From: an uncultured Methanomicrobiales archaeon | GTDB taxonomy: Archaea > Halobacteriota > Methanomicrobia > Methanomicrobiales > Methanospirillaceae | Assembly (NCBI GenBank): GCA_963758915.1 | Contig: CAVWXH010000009.1 | Span: 128,001 to 192,000 of the forward strand | Reading direction: 5' to 3' | Length of the DNA: 64,000 bases | In this document: piece after piece, positions 51,125 to 60,863 of the stretch | How the letters are laid out: every line of letters starts with the position of its first letter | Numbering within the stretch: position 1 is the first letter of the stretch | The notes under the pieces: generated by a model | What the model was told of the DNA's origin: nothing | Seen by the model: the letters and a program-made list of their open reading frames with translations, nothing else | Databases searched by the model: none | Made by a program: the position numbers and the translations under genes

Positions 51125-51398
51125 ACCCAGCCAAAAAAACAGGGGGAAATGGCACCCGGCAATTTGCTAAGCGAACCGGAGGGCATTCACCGGGTTGATT
51201 TATGGCCGGGCTGCGTACCGTGTCCACATAACAATAAACATTGGTGGCTACAACTAACAATAAACGACAGAATTTCCGGCCGGACTAAGCAGGCACGCGG
51301 ATTGGATTGCTGCACCGCCAGGCTGGCAGAAAAGCGAAAGATAAGCGAAACATTACCAGATACAACGACACCGGTACCCGGCAACAAAGGGGATGAAC

Positions 51399-52973
51399 AT
51401 GGCAGAAGTTCCAGGAAAGATCACCTACATTTCACTCGCCGGAGATGAACATGTCCACCCGGCTTACGAAAGTGCACTGAAACGGGTTAGCAGGGAGTTG
51501 GGGAAACACCACGCGCTGTATATAGGAGGTAAAACAATCGGGGGGAGACCGGAGTTCCCGGTATACTCTCCGATAGACGGTAAGACCCTGATCGGTTCCT
51601 TCCAGGCAGGAGATAGTGAAGATACGGGGAACGCGATCCATGCGGCAAGGAATGCATTCCCGGAATGGAGCAGGGCCAGCTGGAAAGAACGGACACGTAT
51701 CATCAGGCTCGCAGCAGACCATATTGAATCACAGGCATTTGACCTGGCTGCGCTTCTGACGTTGGAAGTAGGAAAAACACGCACCGAGGCTCTTGCCGAG
51801 GTTTTTGAAACCGTTGACCTTCTCCGGTATTATTGTAACCTATATGAAAAAGCAGGAGGCTATATCCTTCAGCTGGAAGCACCACTCACCGGTGAACAGT
51901 CCCTCTCTGTCATGCAGCCCTACGGGGTCTGGGCGGTGATTTCACCGTTCAATTTTCCGATAGCCCTTGCAGCGGGCATGTGCACAGGGGCATTACTAAC
52001 GGGCAATACGGTAGTATTCAAACCAACGAGCGAAGCACCGTTATCCGGGATACAACTTTATAAGTCGTTTATTTCAGGAGGAGTGCCTGATGGGGTCCTG
52101 AACCTTGTTACCGGCCCGGGGGGACCATTTGGAAAAACTGTTGTCTCACACGGGGATGTTGACGGGATCGCGTTCACCGGTTCGAAAAACTCAGGCATGT
52201 GGCTATGGAGAGAATTCACGCAGGGGCAGCGGTACCCAAAGCCACTTATTATTGAGATGGGAGGTAAGAATCCCGTGATCGTCTCAGGAAAGGCTGATCT
52301 TACGAAAGCGGTCGATGGGGTGATACGTTCAGCATTTGGATTTGCCGGCCAGAAATGCAGTGCGACATCGCGTGTGTACGTGCAGGAGGAGGTCTATCTC
52401 CAGTTTATGGAGCATCTGATACAGAGGGTCGGGTCAGTCATTATCGGTGACCCGCGGGAGCGGGAGACTTTTTTCGGACCTTTAATTGACCGTAAGGCAG
52501 TGGATACATTCTCCGCGGCGGTCAGGCAGGTTATCGCAGATGGCGGTACCATCGAAACCGGCGGTGAGGTGCTGACCGGTGCCCTGTATGGAAAAGGTTA
52601 CTATGTCAGACCGGCGGTGGTTACCGGTATCCCGCCCGGTCACCCGCTCCATAACAACGAATTATTCGTCCCGTTCCTTATCGTCACTACCTACCGTACA
52701 TTACAGGAAGCAGTGGGATATGCGAATAAAACAGATTTCGGCCTTACCGCAGGGATCTTCTCGGAAGACACGGGTGAAATAAACTATTTCTTCAGTCATG
52801 TGAAGGCTGGGGTAACATATGCCAACCGTTCCGGGGGTGCTACAACCGGTGCATGGCCGGGTTCCCAATCATTTACCGGCTGGAACGCAAGTGGTTCAAC
52901 CGGCAGGGGGTCAGGGGGCCCCTATTATCTCCTTTCCTTTGTCAGGGAGCAGGCGCAGACAAGGGTTTCATAA
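51399..52973 (+). CDS. Aldehyde dehydrogenase, P5C-dehydrogenase-like subfamily
   Basis: ISPFNFP, FTGS, EMGGKN, AFGFAGQKCSATSR, ELFVP, FGLTAG. Confidence 0.9.
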   Translation: MAEVPGKITYISLAGDEHVHPAYESALKRVSRELGKHHALYIGGKTIGGRPEFPVYSPIDGKTLIGSFQAGDSEDTGNAIHAARNAFPEWSRASWKERTRIIRLAADHIESQAFDLAALLTLEVGKTRTEALAEVFETVDLLRYYCNLYEKAGGYILQLEAPLTGEQSLSVMQPYGVWAVISPFNFPIALAAGMCTGALLTGNTVVFKPTSEAPLSGIQLYKSFISGGVPDGVLNLVTGPGGPFGKTVVSHGDVDGIAFTGSKNSGMWLWREFTQGQRYPKPLIIEMGGKNPVIVSGKADLTKAVDGVIRSAFGFAGQKCSATSRVYVQEEVYLQFMEHLIQRVGSVIIGDPRERETFFGPLIDRKAVDTFSAAVRQVIADGGTIETGGEVLTGALYGKGYYVRPAVVTGIPPGHPLHNNELFVPFLIVTTYRTLQEAVGYANKTDFGLTAGIFSEDTGEINYFFSHVKAGVTYANRSGGATTGAWPGSQSFTGWNASGSTGRGSGGPYYLLSFVREQAQTRVS

Positions 52974-53065
52974 TAACCGACTTTTTGACTGGTATGAAAA
53001 ACTCTGCGAGAACCTCATGCCGGCCAACTTTTCATATTCATCTATGAACCGAAGGCTCATAGCAC

Positions 53066-53112
53066 GCTCTGTAGAAACACACATGAACGGGAAATTCACA
53101 CCCGAAACATGA
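53066..53112 (+). repeat. Dispersed 47-bp repeat, family B copy 1
   Basis: GCTCTGTAGAAACACACATGAACGGGAAATTCACACCCGAAACATGA; 45/47 identical to 60801-60847. Confidence 0.88.
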
Positions 53113-53202
53113 CCCTTTCAAAATCTCGTTATATCGGGGTTTCTTAAACTATTTTCATGGGAAATCCTGTGAAACTTAAAAAAGGTTTACAAAACTGCTT
53201 AG

Positions 53203-53351
53203 ACAGGAGGGGGTTTCACCCCCTCCCTGCCCCACCCCCAACAAGATACTCTTTGGGCAGGGTTTACTAAAAACCGATTAAATTAAGAGTTTCTCGGAAT
53301 AGTCTCTATCCCAACCGGGGTCGCCACAGCGGCGGGGCATAGCCCCAGGAG
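53203..53351 (+). repeat. Dispersed GC-rich palindromic repeat, family A copy 2
   Basis: Hairpins GGAGGGGG-TTTCA-CCCCCTCC and GGGGC-ATA-GCCCC; inverted match to 18078-18234. Confidence 0.85.
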
Positions 53352-53439
53352 CGTTGGAAAATTAATGAATAGACCGAAACGGTAAGGACATGGGATGGGC
53401 AGAAAGGAACAGACAATTTTGAGGGCTTCCGGAGGTAAT

Positions 53440-54039
53440 TTATTTATCCTTCCGGAAAAATTTCAGCATATCCCGGTTGCTCATGAGGTATCTTGATTTC
53501 CTATCAGGAAAAACTCCTTCTGCTGCGGATTTCACGTCCTCTATTGAATAAAACGCATTCGGCTGGAACTGCCTAATTATTCCGGTCACCCGGCCTGCAT
53601 CCTGCCGTTTGATTACCATGAAGAGGACCTGCACCGGGCCGCTGGAGCCCTCCGCACCGATAACCGTTACGCCGTAATCATGGGCACGTAAATATCCCAC
53701 CATCTCGTTTGCCTCCTGGTTTGTAATTACCCGGACAATTACCGTACCAAGTGATAATTTTTCCTCAATTGCCATTCCGACAAAAGTACCGGTTGCAAAC
53801 CCGGCTCCATAGGCGATATACGACGCGACATTCGTGACATTATTCATCACCTGCCCGATGGCAAGGAGCCAGATAATCACCTCGAAAAACCCGATAACAG
53901 GAGCGATATACTTGAACCCTTTTGATATGAAAATTACCCTTATAGTACCAAGCGTTACGTCACATATACGGGCGAAAAAAATCAGGAGGGGGAGGACGAC
54001 CCATGCAAAAAAGGGGGTTAAGGTAGCAGCGTCGGTCAT
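53440..54039 (-). CDS. UPF0316 (DUF2179/DUF5698) membrane protein
   Basis: ARICDVTLGTIR, FFEVIIWL, YGAGFATG..G..IEEK, GVT...AEG. Confidence 0.88.
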   Translation of the reverse strand: MTDAATLTPFFAWVVLPLLIFFARICDVTLGTIRVIFISKGFKYIAPVIGFFEVIIWLLAIGQVMNNVTNVASYIAYGAGFATGTFVGMAIEEKLSLGTVIVRVITNQEANEMVGYLRAHDYGVTVIGAEGSSGPVQVLFMVIKRQDAGRVTGIIRQFQPNAFYSIEDVKSAAEGVFPDRKSRYLMSNRDMLKFFRKDK

Positions 54040-54233
54040 TCCGGGTTTCCACCGTTCATTTCGTATTTACTAATTGTATTCGCTTCTATAACAATCGTGC
54101 CTTGTCCTGCCCCTGGCAGTACAGGATGTACAATTTCAAATCACTAGTCCCTGGTCATCTGACAGATTCCCGAACGAGAAAGAGACCACCTAAATATACC
54201 ACGTAACAGGGAAAAATGGAAGAAGCAGGGGAC

Positions 54234-55085
54234 CTACATTTTTTCCTTGAGAATCTCATCGATCCGTTTCCTGCGGTCAGTGTTGTCCGGCTGATGGGCA
54301 AAAACCCGGTCCTCGTAGGTCGGCATTACCTGTTGATAGAAAAGTCCCAGTGCTATCCTGGCATCACCATTATAGTCCCATTCCCGGGCCTTCCGAAATG
54401 CCATTTCAAATCCGGATGTATCATGGTCTTCCAGGTCATAGAGCCTTTCATTGTAATAATCGGTCATGTTGTTGTACGTCGCACAGATCTGTAGGACATC
54501 AATGAAAGAGAAACCACGGTGCAACAGCCCCTGTTTCACCAGGGACCGTAATTGTTCCATCTTCCTCGTGTAACCACGCGCAACGAACGTCGCACCACTT
54601 GCGAGCATCAGTTCGAGGGGGTTTATCGGGAGTTCTGTTGTGCCGCCGGGCGTTGAGCGCCCCCGGAACCCTAAGGGGGAGGTTGGTGTATACTGGCCGG
54701 TTGTAAGCCCGTATACCCGGTTATTATGAATAATCACGGTAATATCGGCATTCCGTTTCGCAGCAAATATGAGGTGGTCAAGACCTTCGGCATAGCAGTC
54801 CCCGTCCCCGGCACAGCATATGACCTTCAGCCGCGGGTTTGCCAGTTTAATCCCGATTGCAGCCGGGATCGTCCGACCGTGGATAGAATAAAAACTGTTT
54901 ACGTTCAGGTAGTCGGCCATCTTCGCGTGGCAGCCAATCCCGGTCACAAGGACGACATCATCAAGTGACATCCCGGACTGTTCAAGTTCCCCGAGCACGG
55001 ACTTCAATGCAAACTGGAGTGAGAAGTTGCCACATCCCGGGCACCAGGTGTTCTGTGCCGGGGTAATCAGGTTACGCCCGGTCAT
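54234..55085 (-). CDS. 2-oxoacid:ferredoxin oxidoreductase beta (TPP-binding) subunit
   Basis: WCPGCG, GIGC, HGR, GDGD, NRVYGLTTGQYTPT. Confidence 0.95.
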   Translation of the reverse strand: MTGRNLITPAQNTWCPGCGNFSLQFALKSVLGELEQSGMSLDDVVLVTGIGCHAKMADYLNVNSFYSIHGRTIPAAIGIKLANPRLKVICCAGDGDCYAEGLDHLIFAAKRNADITVIIHNNRVYGLTTGQYTPTSPLGFRGRSTPGGTTELPINPLELMLASGATFVARGYTRKMEQLRSLVKQGLLHRGFSFIDVLQICATYNNMTDYYNERLYDLEDHDTSGFEMAFRKAREWDYNGDARIALGLFYQQVMPTYEDRVFAHQPDNTDRRKRIDEILKEKM

Positions 55086-56746
55086 TTCAACACCTCCATG
55101 ACCCTGCCGCGAAGTTCACCGACCGAAAACGGCCTCCCATCGTATCTGAGCACCTGTTTGTCCACGATAATGCGATGGCTTGCAAGGAGGGAGGCCAGCT
55201 GACCATCCATGTTATCCTCGACAGATACCAGCCGTTTTACACCTGAAAGAGCCTCTTTCATCTGGCGGAGCGGGAACGGGGAGAGAACCACCGGTTGAAT
55301 AACACGAAGTCCAAGCAATCCTGCGACCTCGCAGGCCACCCCTTTATTTGAACCCCATGCCATAAGGGCCACCGGGCTGCTGCGATCCCCATACGTCCTC
55401 ACCGCCTCGAGACGGTCAATCTCTTCCAACAGTCGTGCCCCCTTTTTCACCCTCTTTTCTGCCATGATCACGGAAATTCCCCCATCTTCGGTAGAGAGGC
55501 CTGTCTCGTCATGGGTATAACTGGTTATCTTGACAACCGTGTCGGGTGTACCGGGAAAGGCAGACGGGGAGACTCCCGATCCGGTCAGCCTGTAGCGCCC
55601 ATACGCCGGACCGGTAACCAGCCCTTCACCTGTAATTTCTGGATCAGGGTGAAATTCCCCGAGTTCTTTCCTGTCGAAACTGTAGGTACCTTCATTTAGC
55701 GTTTTATCGCCGAGAATAATGGCAGGGATTTGGTATTTCCACGCAAGTTGCACAGCGAGTGAGGCCCACACAAATGACTCCTCGGCATCACCGGGAGCGA
55801 CAATGAGACGCGGGAACTCCCCTTGTCCTGCATGCAGGACGAAATTGAGCTCGGACTGGCCGGTATACGTTGGAAGGCCGGTACTAGGTCCTGTCCGCTG
55901 CCCGACAATAATGACGACCGGGATCTCAGACTGGCCAGCAAATGAGAGCCCTTCGGTCATCAGGCAGAACCCACCCCCGGATGTCCCGACGGCAGCTTTT
56001 TTCCCGGCATACGCAAATCCGAGCGCCATGATAATAACCCCGATCTCATTTTCCGGGTGAACCACCGTCAGCGGAAGGTGTGGTGCCTGTTCTGCGAGGA
56101 AGTGGAGGAGGTTGGAAGTCGGCGTCATGGGGTATGAGATGTAAGCATCCAAACCACCATTGATAAGGCCAAGGCCCATCGCTTCATTTCCGGTGACGAC
56201 TGGCAGGTGCCCCGGACCGATAACCGGAACGACCCGTTTTGTTTGTGCTACATCATAGGCCTTTCGTGCTACAGAGAGGTTTTTCCCCGTCTCCTTCGGC
56301 AGGTGCCTGCGGAAGACCTCTTCGATCACACTCCATTGTATACCAGCTGTTTTTGCAAAAGCACCGATGATTGCCGAGTTGCCCATGATCAGCGGGGCAT
56401 TTTCTTCATTGAGGATCCCGCTGACAGGAACGGGAGTGCCGGTTGCCCTGGTGGCATTACCAGCATCATATATGATCTCAGTGTCCGGCCGCATCATGCC
56501 GGTATGAACGTCAATGGTATCATTATTCAATGCGAGAAGAAAGTCAGCAGTCTCACGGTGCGCCCCGATTTTATGTTCAGATGCCCTTACGATAGCAAAA
56601 TTATGGCCTCCCTTGATGAGGGAGGGGTAATCAAAATACATATACACCCGGTAACCGAGATGGTTGAACAGGTGGGCAATCGTAAGACCTGCACTGTTGA
56701 TTCCGTCCCCGGCTTTTCCTCCGATCAGGACTGATATGTCGTTCAT
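55082..56746 (-). CDS. 2-oxoacid:ferredoxin oxidoreductase alpha subunit (gamma-alpha fusion)
   Basis: GGKAGDGI, IKGGHN, GNEA, YPMTP, TSGGGF, RTGPSTGLPT. Confidence 0.95.
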   Translation of the reverse strand: MNDISVLIGGKAGDGINSAGLTIAHLFNHLGYRVYMYFDYPSLIKGGHNFAIVRASEHKIGAHRETADFLLALNNDTIDVHTGMMRPDTEIIYDAGNATRATGTPVPVSGILNEENAPLIMGNSAIIGAFAKTAGIQWSVIEEVFRRHLPKETGKNLSVARKAYDVAQTKRVVPVIGPGHLPVVTGNEAMGLGLINGGLDAYISYPMTPTSNLLHFLAEQAPHLPLTVVHPENEIGVIIMALGFAYAGKKAAVGTSGGGFCLMTEGLSFAGQSEIPVVIIVGQRTGPSTGLPTYTGQSELNFVLHAGQGEFPRLIVAPGDAEESFVWASLAVQLAWKYQIPAIILGDKTLNEGTYSFDRKELGEFHPDPEITGEGLVTGPAYGRYRLTGSGVSPSAFPGTPDTVVKITSYTHDETGLSTEDGGISVIMAEKRVKKGARLLEEIDRLEAVRTYGDRSSPVALMAWGSNKGVACEVAGLLGLRVIQPVVLSPFPLRQMKEALSGVKRLVSVEDNMDGQLASLLASHRIIVDKQVLRYDGRPFSVGELRGRVMEVLK

Positions 56747-56972
56747 GGTACCTCCCCTTGGCACACGAATGTGTGTCCCTGCGAGAAATTATAGGTTCCT
56801 GACTGTCCGGAGAAACAGGCATAATGTCACCAGGACGTTTCCTGACCAGTCTACATGAATCGGAAAGATGCGCTATGCATATCTAACAAGATAGGGGCAT
56901 CGGTTGTTGATCAGGGCGGCAAATCGCACCATATGGACAGAAAATGCTCTGTTCCCTGATAACGGAAAAAAG

Positions 56973-57251
56973 TTATTTTGGCTTTTTCTGCCGTAATTCC
57001 GAGGCCATTTCGGGGTCCGGTACCCGGATCAGGAACGTCCCATAACAGGGCTTTGTATAGGGTATAATTACGTCGTCCCCGTCAACGGCGATGTAGAGCG
57101 GGGGTACGCCGATAAGATGCTTTTCAAATATCTTGTACCCGGGCAATACCACGAAATGTTCAGGAAAGTGCGACAGGATATATTCCCGACATTCCTTGAA
57201 CGTCGTATCCCGCATTATAATCTCATGTTTCATAGATTCGAGACAACCCAT
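56973..57251 (-). CDS. DUF1894-family methanogen protein
   Basis: MGCLE..., PGYKIF, IG.PP, PYTKPCYGTF. Confidence 0.8.
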   Translation of the reverse strand: MGCLESMKHEIIMRDTTFKECREYILSHFPEHFVVLPGYKIFEKHLIGVPPLYIAVDGDDVIIPYTKPCYGTFLIRVPDPEMASELRQKKPK

Positions 57252-57709
57252 GGGAACACCTCGTCAATTTTGGCCTTAAGCGGCATCGGGTTATGCACTG
57301 CATTTACTGCAATTATTTCGGCAGGAAAATCCACCGAGGAGGCCACTTCCTGGTAATGCTCACCAAAGATGATCAGGATTTGGGCGGCCGGGGAAATCGC
57401 CTTTACCGTTGCCGCGTAGGTGAGGCCGGCATCATTATGAATAAACGAAAAACAGTAATGGAAGTCCCGCTTTTTCTCCGCGAGCTGGGCAATACACCGG
57501 TCGATATCAATCACCTCGCCGATATAGTGGCGGTCAGGGTCTGCGACTTCGATATTCGTTCTCGCCGCCCGGTTCCCGGTGATCACCGTGGTTATTCCCT
57601 GCTTGCGGAGCTTACTGGCGAGGTATAATGCCGCACTTGTCTGTATCGGTACCTGCGGGCACCCAAGGAGGAGAAGCGCGTCCCGCGGCCCTGTTTTCGT
57701 ATCCGGCAA
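57230..57709 (-). CDS. DUF1890-family methanogen protein
   Basis: LLLGCPQVPIQT, ADPDRHY, FIHNDAG..Y, AVHNPMP. Confidence 0.85.
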   Translation of the reverse strand: MPDTKTGPRDALLLLGCPQVPIQTSAALYLASKLRKQGITTVITGNRAARTNIEVADPDRHYIGEVIDIDRCIAQLAEKKRDFHYCFSFIHNDAGLTYAATVKAISPAAQILIIFGEHYQEVASSVDFPAEIIAVNAVHNPMPLKAKIDEVFPWVVSNL

Positions 57710-57859
57710 TTCGATCTACCTTATGTAAACTAGCGGGCTCCTCTTATTTCAATAGTGCGAGTTATGCCGGCCGGGCAGGGAACATAACGCATATCCCCAT
57801 GTGGCAGACCGTGAATGGTACGATAGGTATAGGGAGTACGATCAGTCGTGCCGTTTTAA

Positions 57860-58201
57860 TCAGCCGGACGGACTATCCTTCGCCAGTTCATCGTTAAGCC
57901 AGGCGAGATAGGGTGGAAATCCCCCTGTGACAGGAATGACAATCATTTCAGGGAGTTCATACGTGTGGAGACGCCGGATGGCATCCATCACCACAGTCTT
58001 TTTTGAATCCATTGTCTTGATAATCAGGAGGGTCTCGGCATCCTCGCAGAATTCCCCTTTCCAATGGTAATATGACGAAATTCCGGTCATGTTCACGCAT
58101 GCAGCAATTCTTTCCCCGACGAGGGCTCGCGCAATGGCCTTCGCATTGTCAGGAGATGCAGTGGAGAGGATAATAACCGGGACATCAGTTGGCTGATTCA
58201 T
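57860..58201 (-). CDS. cutA: Divalent-cation tolerance protein CutA
   Basis: AACVN, SYYHWKG, E.LLIIKT, H.YELPE, YLAW. Confidence 0.95.
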   Translation of the reverse strand: MNQPTDVPVIILSTASPDNAKAIARALVGERIAACVNMTGISSYYHWKGEFCEDAETLLIIKTMDSKKTVVMDAIRRLHTYELPEMIVIPVTGGFPPYLAWLNDELAKDSPSG

Positions 58202-58524
58202 TTTCTGCTCAATCGTTCATTATGAGCAGCCCGATATATGAACCAGACGGCAGGCACGGAAATAATGTTCCGAAACCATCGAAAAAATCCCTGACTGGCA
58301 GATTTAATGAATGTAGGGTTTCAATCGGAACAAATTATGTACACAGTAAGGACACTCATGTTCGGGTATTGGTGTTTTTACCGTATCAGAGAAAACATCT
58401 AAAAGATTGATACAATCACCGGTCGGGATAACCCGGACCCGGTACTGAAGAGATATTCAGGGAATATTTATCTGGATTCTCTGATAATCATCAAAAATTG
58501 ACCATACACCATTAAGGTATCAGT

Positions 58525-59274
58525 ATGATCGACCATGAGATCAAGGATGCAGTCCGGAAGAGCTGGGACCACTCCTCAGTTATGTATGACAGCTGTCCGG
58601 GCCACGGGATCGGTACAGAGGAAGAGAAAGTCGCATGGAAACAGGAACTGGCCCGGAACATACCAGAATCGCCACAAAGGGTACTCGATATAGGGTGCGG
58701 AACAGCTGTTATGGGCCTTCTGTTTGCTGAGATGGGACACCAGGTTACCGGGGTCGACCTTTCGGAAGCGATGATAGCAAAAGCACGTGAGAAAGCTGAT
58801 GCACAAAACCTTCCGATTGAGCTGAGGACAGGGGATGCCGAACACCTTCCCTTCAGTAACGGATCTTTTGACGTGGTTGTCAACCGGCACCTCGTCTGGA
58901 CACTCCCTCACCCGGAGATTGCCCTGGAGGAATGGAACCGTGTCTTAAAAAAAGGGGGTGTGGTGCTCATCATCGAGGGGATCTGGAAGGATAATAGCGT
59001 TTCAATCCGGGTGAAACGAATATTGAGCGACGGGCTGGCAAAGATTTTTGGTCATACCCATGGCGGCCATTATGATGAAAAACTCAGGAGCCAGCTCCCC
59101 TATGATGGGGGAGTGCCGAAGGAAACAATGGTATCCGACCTGGAGCACGCGGGATTCACTGGCATCTGCTACCGGGATTTAATGTACATCCAGAAGATGC
59201 AGAAACCACAACAGCCGTGGTACCGGAGGTTCGCACCAGGCAAGACATACTATATCCTTGCTGCGACGAAATAG
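58525..59274 (+). CDS. Class I SAM-dependent methyltransferase
   Basis: VLDIGCGT, GVDLS..M, GDAE.LPF..SFDVV, RVLKKGG. Confidence 0.92.
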   Translation: MIDHEIKDAVRKSWDHSSVMYDSCPGHGIGTEEEKVAWKQELARNIPESPQRVLDIGCGTAVMGLLFAEMGHQVTGVDLSEAMIAKAREKADAQNLPIELRTGDAEHLPFSNGSFDVVVNRHLVWTLPHPEIALEEWNRVLKKGGVVLIIEGIWKDNSVSIRVKRILSDGLAKIFGHTHGGHYDEKLRSQLPYDGGVPKETMVSDLEHAGFTGICYRDLMYIQKMQKPQQPWYRRFAPGKTYYILAATK

Positions 59275-59452
59275 AACTGCATTGGGTTCCTTTGATGGAA
59301 ATTTTAAGTTTTATTCGCTTTTTAGTATATCACCGTTAACAGTGTGTTAAAAAAATTTGTAAATAAACGGATATAAAAAAATGTCCCGGAGACATGACAA
59401 AATCCTTTAAGAGCAGATTAATGAGCGTTCATGTTCAATTATTACAGGACTT

Positions 59453-59497
59453 TGTACGAACAACGAACGTATGTGCTCGCTTTTTGCATACTTTTTT
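59453..59497 (+). repeat. Family C repeat, partial copy (hairpin core)
   Basis: TGTACGAACAACGAACGTATGTGCTCGCTTTTTGCATACTTTTTT matches the core of 61107-61209 and 62390-62493. Confidence 0.8.
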
Positions 59498-59661
59498 TAT
59501 CCCACTCCCTGCCCTACTAAGCCTAATAAGCGGGGCTAAACCGCCGGTGCCTCCTGTCCGCAACCCTTCGGCTTCGCGAAAGGATTTCGCCTGGTGAAAT
59601 CATGGAGCGGAAACCAGGAGGCCAAAAATATATTTAATACCGTTCAACGTGACTACCCAAA

Positions 59662-60402
59662 TTATTCCGCTGTAATCCGGTCATAGAAAACCGCTGCACA
59701 CACTGCACCAACAACGGGCCCGATTATGTAAATGGGGAATAATACCCAGAGGTTCGGTCCACCCAGGGCCCAGTCCATGATATAAGGCCCGAATGTTCTT
59801 GCCGGGTTGAGAGATGCTCCGGCAATATTACCCGTCGCAGTGATCATGCCGGCAACCGTAAGACCAATGATAAGCCCGGCGAACCCTGGCGGGGCCTGCT
59901 TGTCCACCGCCACACCCATGATCACCAGCATCAGAACAAACGTTGCGATAGCCTCTACGAGAATGGCCTGCCCGTACCCGATACCGGGGAACGGAGTGGT
60001 TGCCCCAAGTCCCCCGATTGTAACGGCAGCCATTCCTATCGTCAGGAAAAACAACAGGCTCCCGATGGCAGCCCCGATACACTGGGCAACCACGTATACG
60101 GCTGTGTCACGGGTTGGGAACCGTTTCGTCACCCAGAGCGCAATAGTCACAGCAGGGTTAATATGCGCCCCGGAAACGCGTCCAAGTGAGTAGATAACGG
60201 CTGCAATGACAATACCAAACGTAATCCCGATAGCAAACCAGTCAGCAAGTCCCCCAAGCATACCGATCCCGATGTTGAAACTTGTCGCCGGTTTCAATCC
60301 GTTCGCAAGCATCAGGGTAATTGCCGCGGCCCCTGCACCGAAATACACCAGGAGCATCGTACCGACGCCTTCTGCAATACTGCGGGATGTGAGTGATACC
60401 AT
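59662..60402 (-). CDS. MIP-family channel (AqpM-like aquaporin)
   Basis: SGAHINPAVT and GASLNPART (two NPA boxes), six TM; start at MVSLTSRS overlapping the DUF2180 stop. Confidence 0.95.
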   Translation of the reverse strand: MVSLTSRSIAEGVGTMLLVYFGAGAAAITLMLANGLKPATSFNIGIGMLGGLADWFAIGITFGIVIAAVIYSLGRVSGAHINPAVTIALWVTKRFPTRDTAVYVVAQCIGAAIGSLLFFLTIGMAAVTIGGLGATTPFPGIGYGQAILVEAIATFVLMLVIMGVAVDKQAPPGFAGLIIGLTVAGMITATGNIAGASLNPARTFGPYIMDWALGGPNLWVLFPIYIIGPVVGAVCAAVFYDRITAE

Positions 60403-60614
60403 TACTTTCCATCCCCATAAGCAGCATTGCAGTCCGGGCAGAGCATCCGGGGCATTTTTCCCGGAAGTTTTTTCGAGGGAAGCGGGTAACCCCCCTCCCA
60501 CACATCGATTTCTTTTCTGATCGTATGCTTCATACAGGTCCCCATACCGCAGGCAACACATACAGCCACGGCGTCACTTTCTGTTCCTTCCTTTGCACAA
60601 ACGTAACATTTCAT
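60402..60614 (-). CDS. DUF2180-family Cys-rich zinc-finger-like protein
   Basis: MKCYVC...AVAVCVACGMGTCMKH...LCPDC. Confidence 0.88.
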   Translation of the reverse strand: MKCYVCAKEGTESDAVAVCVACGMGTCMKHTIRKEIDVWEGGYPLPSKKLPGKMPRMLCPDCNAAYGDGK

Positions 60615-60694
60615 ACTTTTTCACCTGTCTCCATCATCATAATTGACCCACCTTCTCATATCAGAAAAGGCGGTTTTTCATATTCGTGTATAAG

Positions 60695-60769
60695 AATGGT
60701 ATTTACCATTGAGCAGGATGAACATTTCGAAAAAAATATTGCGCACTTATAAAGGAAATGCTCAATATT
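60695..60769. promoter_or_regulatory. Inverted repeats upstream of the DUF2180-aquaporin operon (candidate operators)
   Basis: AATGGTA-TT-TACCATT (60695-60710) and AATATTGCGCA-N13-TGCTCAATATT (60735-60769) around a minus-strand TTTATAA TATA-like box. Confidence 0.45.
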
Positions 60770-60800
60770 CCCTGTTATAGAAAAATATTCAATTATTTGG

Positions 60801-60863
60801 GCTCTGTAGAAACACACATGAACGGGAAGTTCACACCCAAAACATGAAAATGCCCTTTCTACA
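60801..60863 (+). repeat. Family B repeat copy 2, containing a TGTAGAAA...TTTCTACA inverted pair
   Basis: 60801-60847 is 45/47 identical to 53066-53112; 8-bp inverted repeat at 60805-60812 and 60856-60863. Confidence 0.85.

Noticed and set aside
58318-58350. GTTTCAATC-starting sequence resembling a CRISPR repeat start
   Set aside because: Single occurrence; no repeat-spacer periodicity and no cas genes in the window
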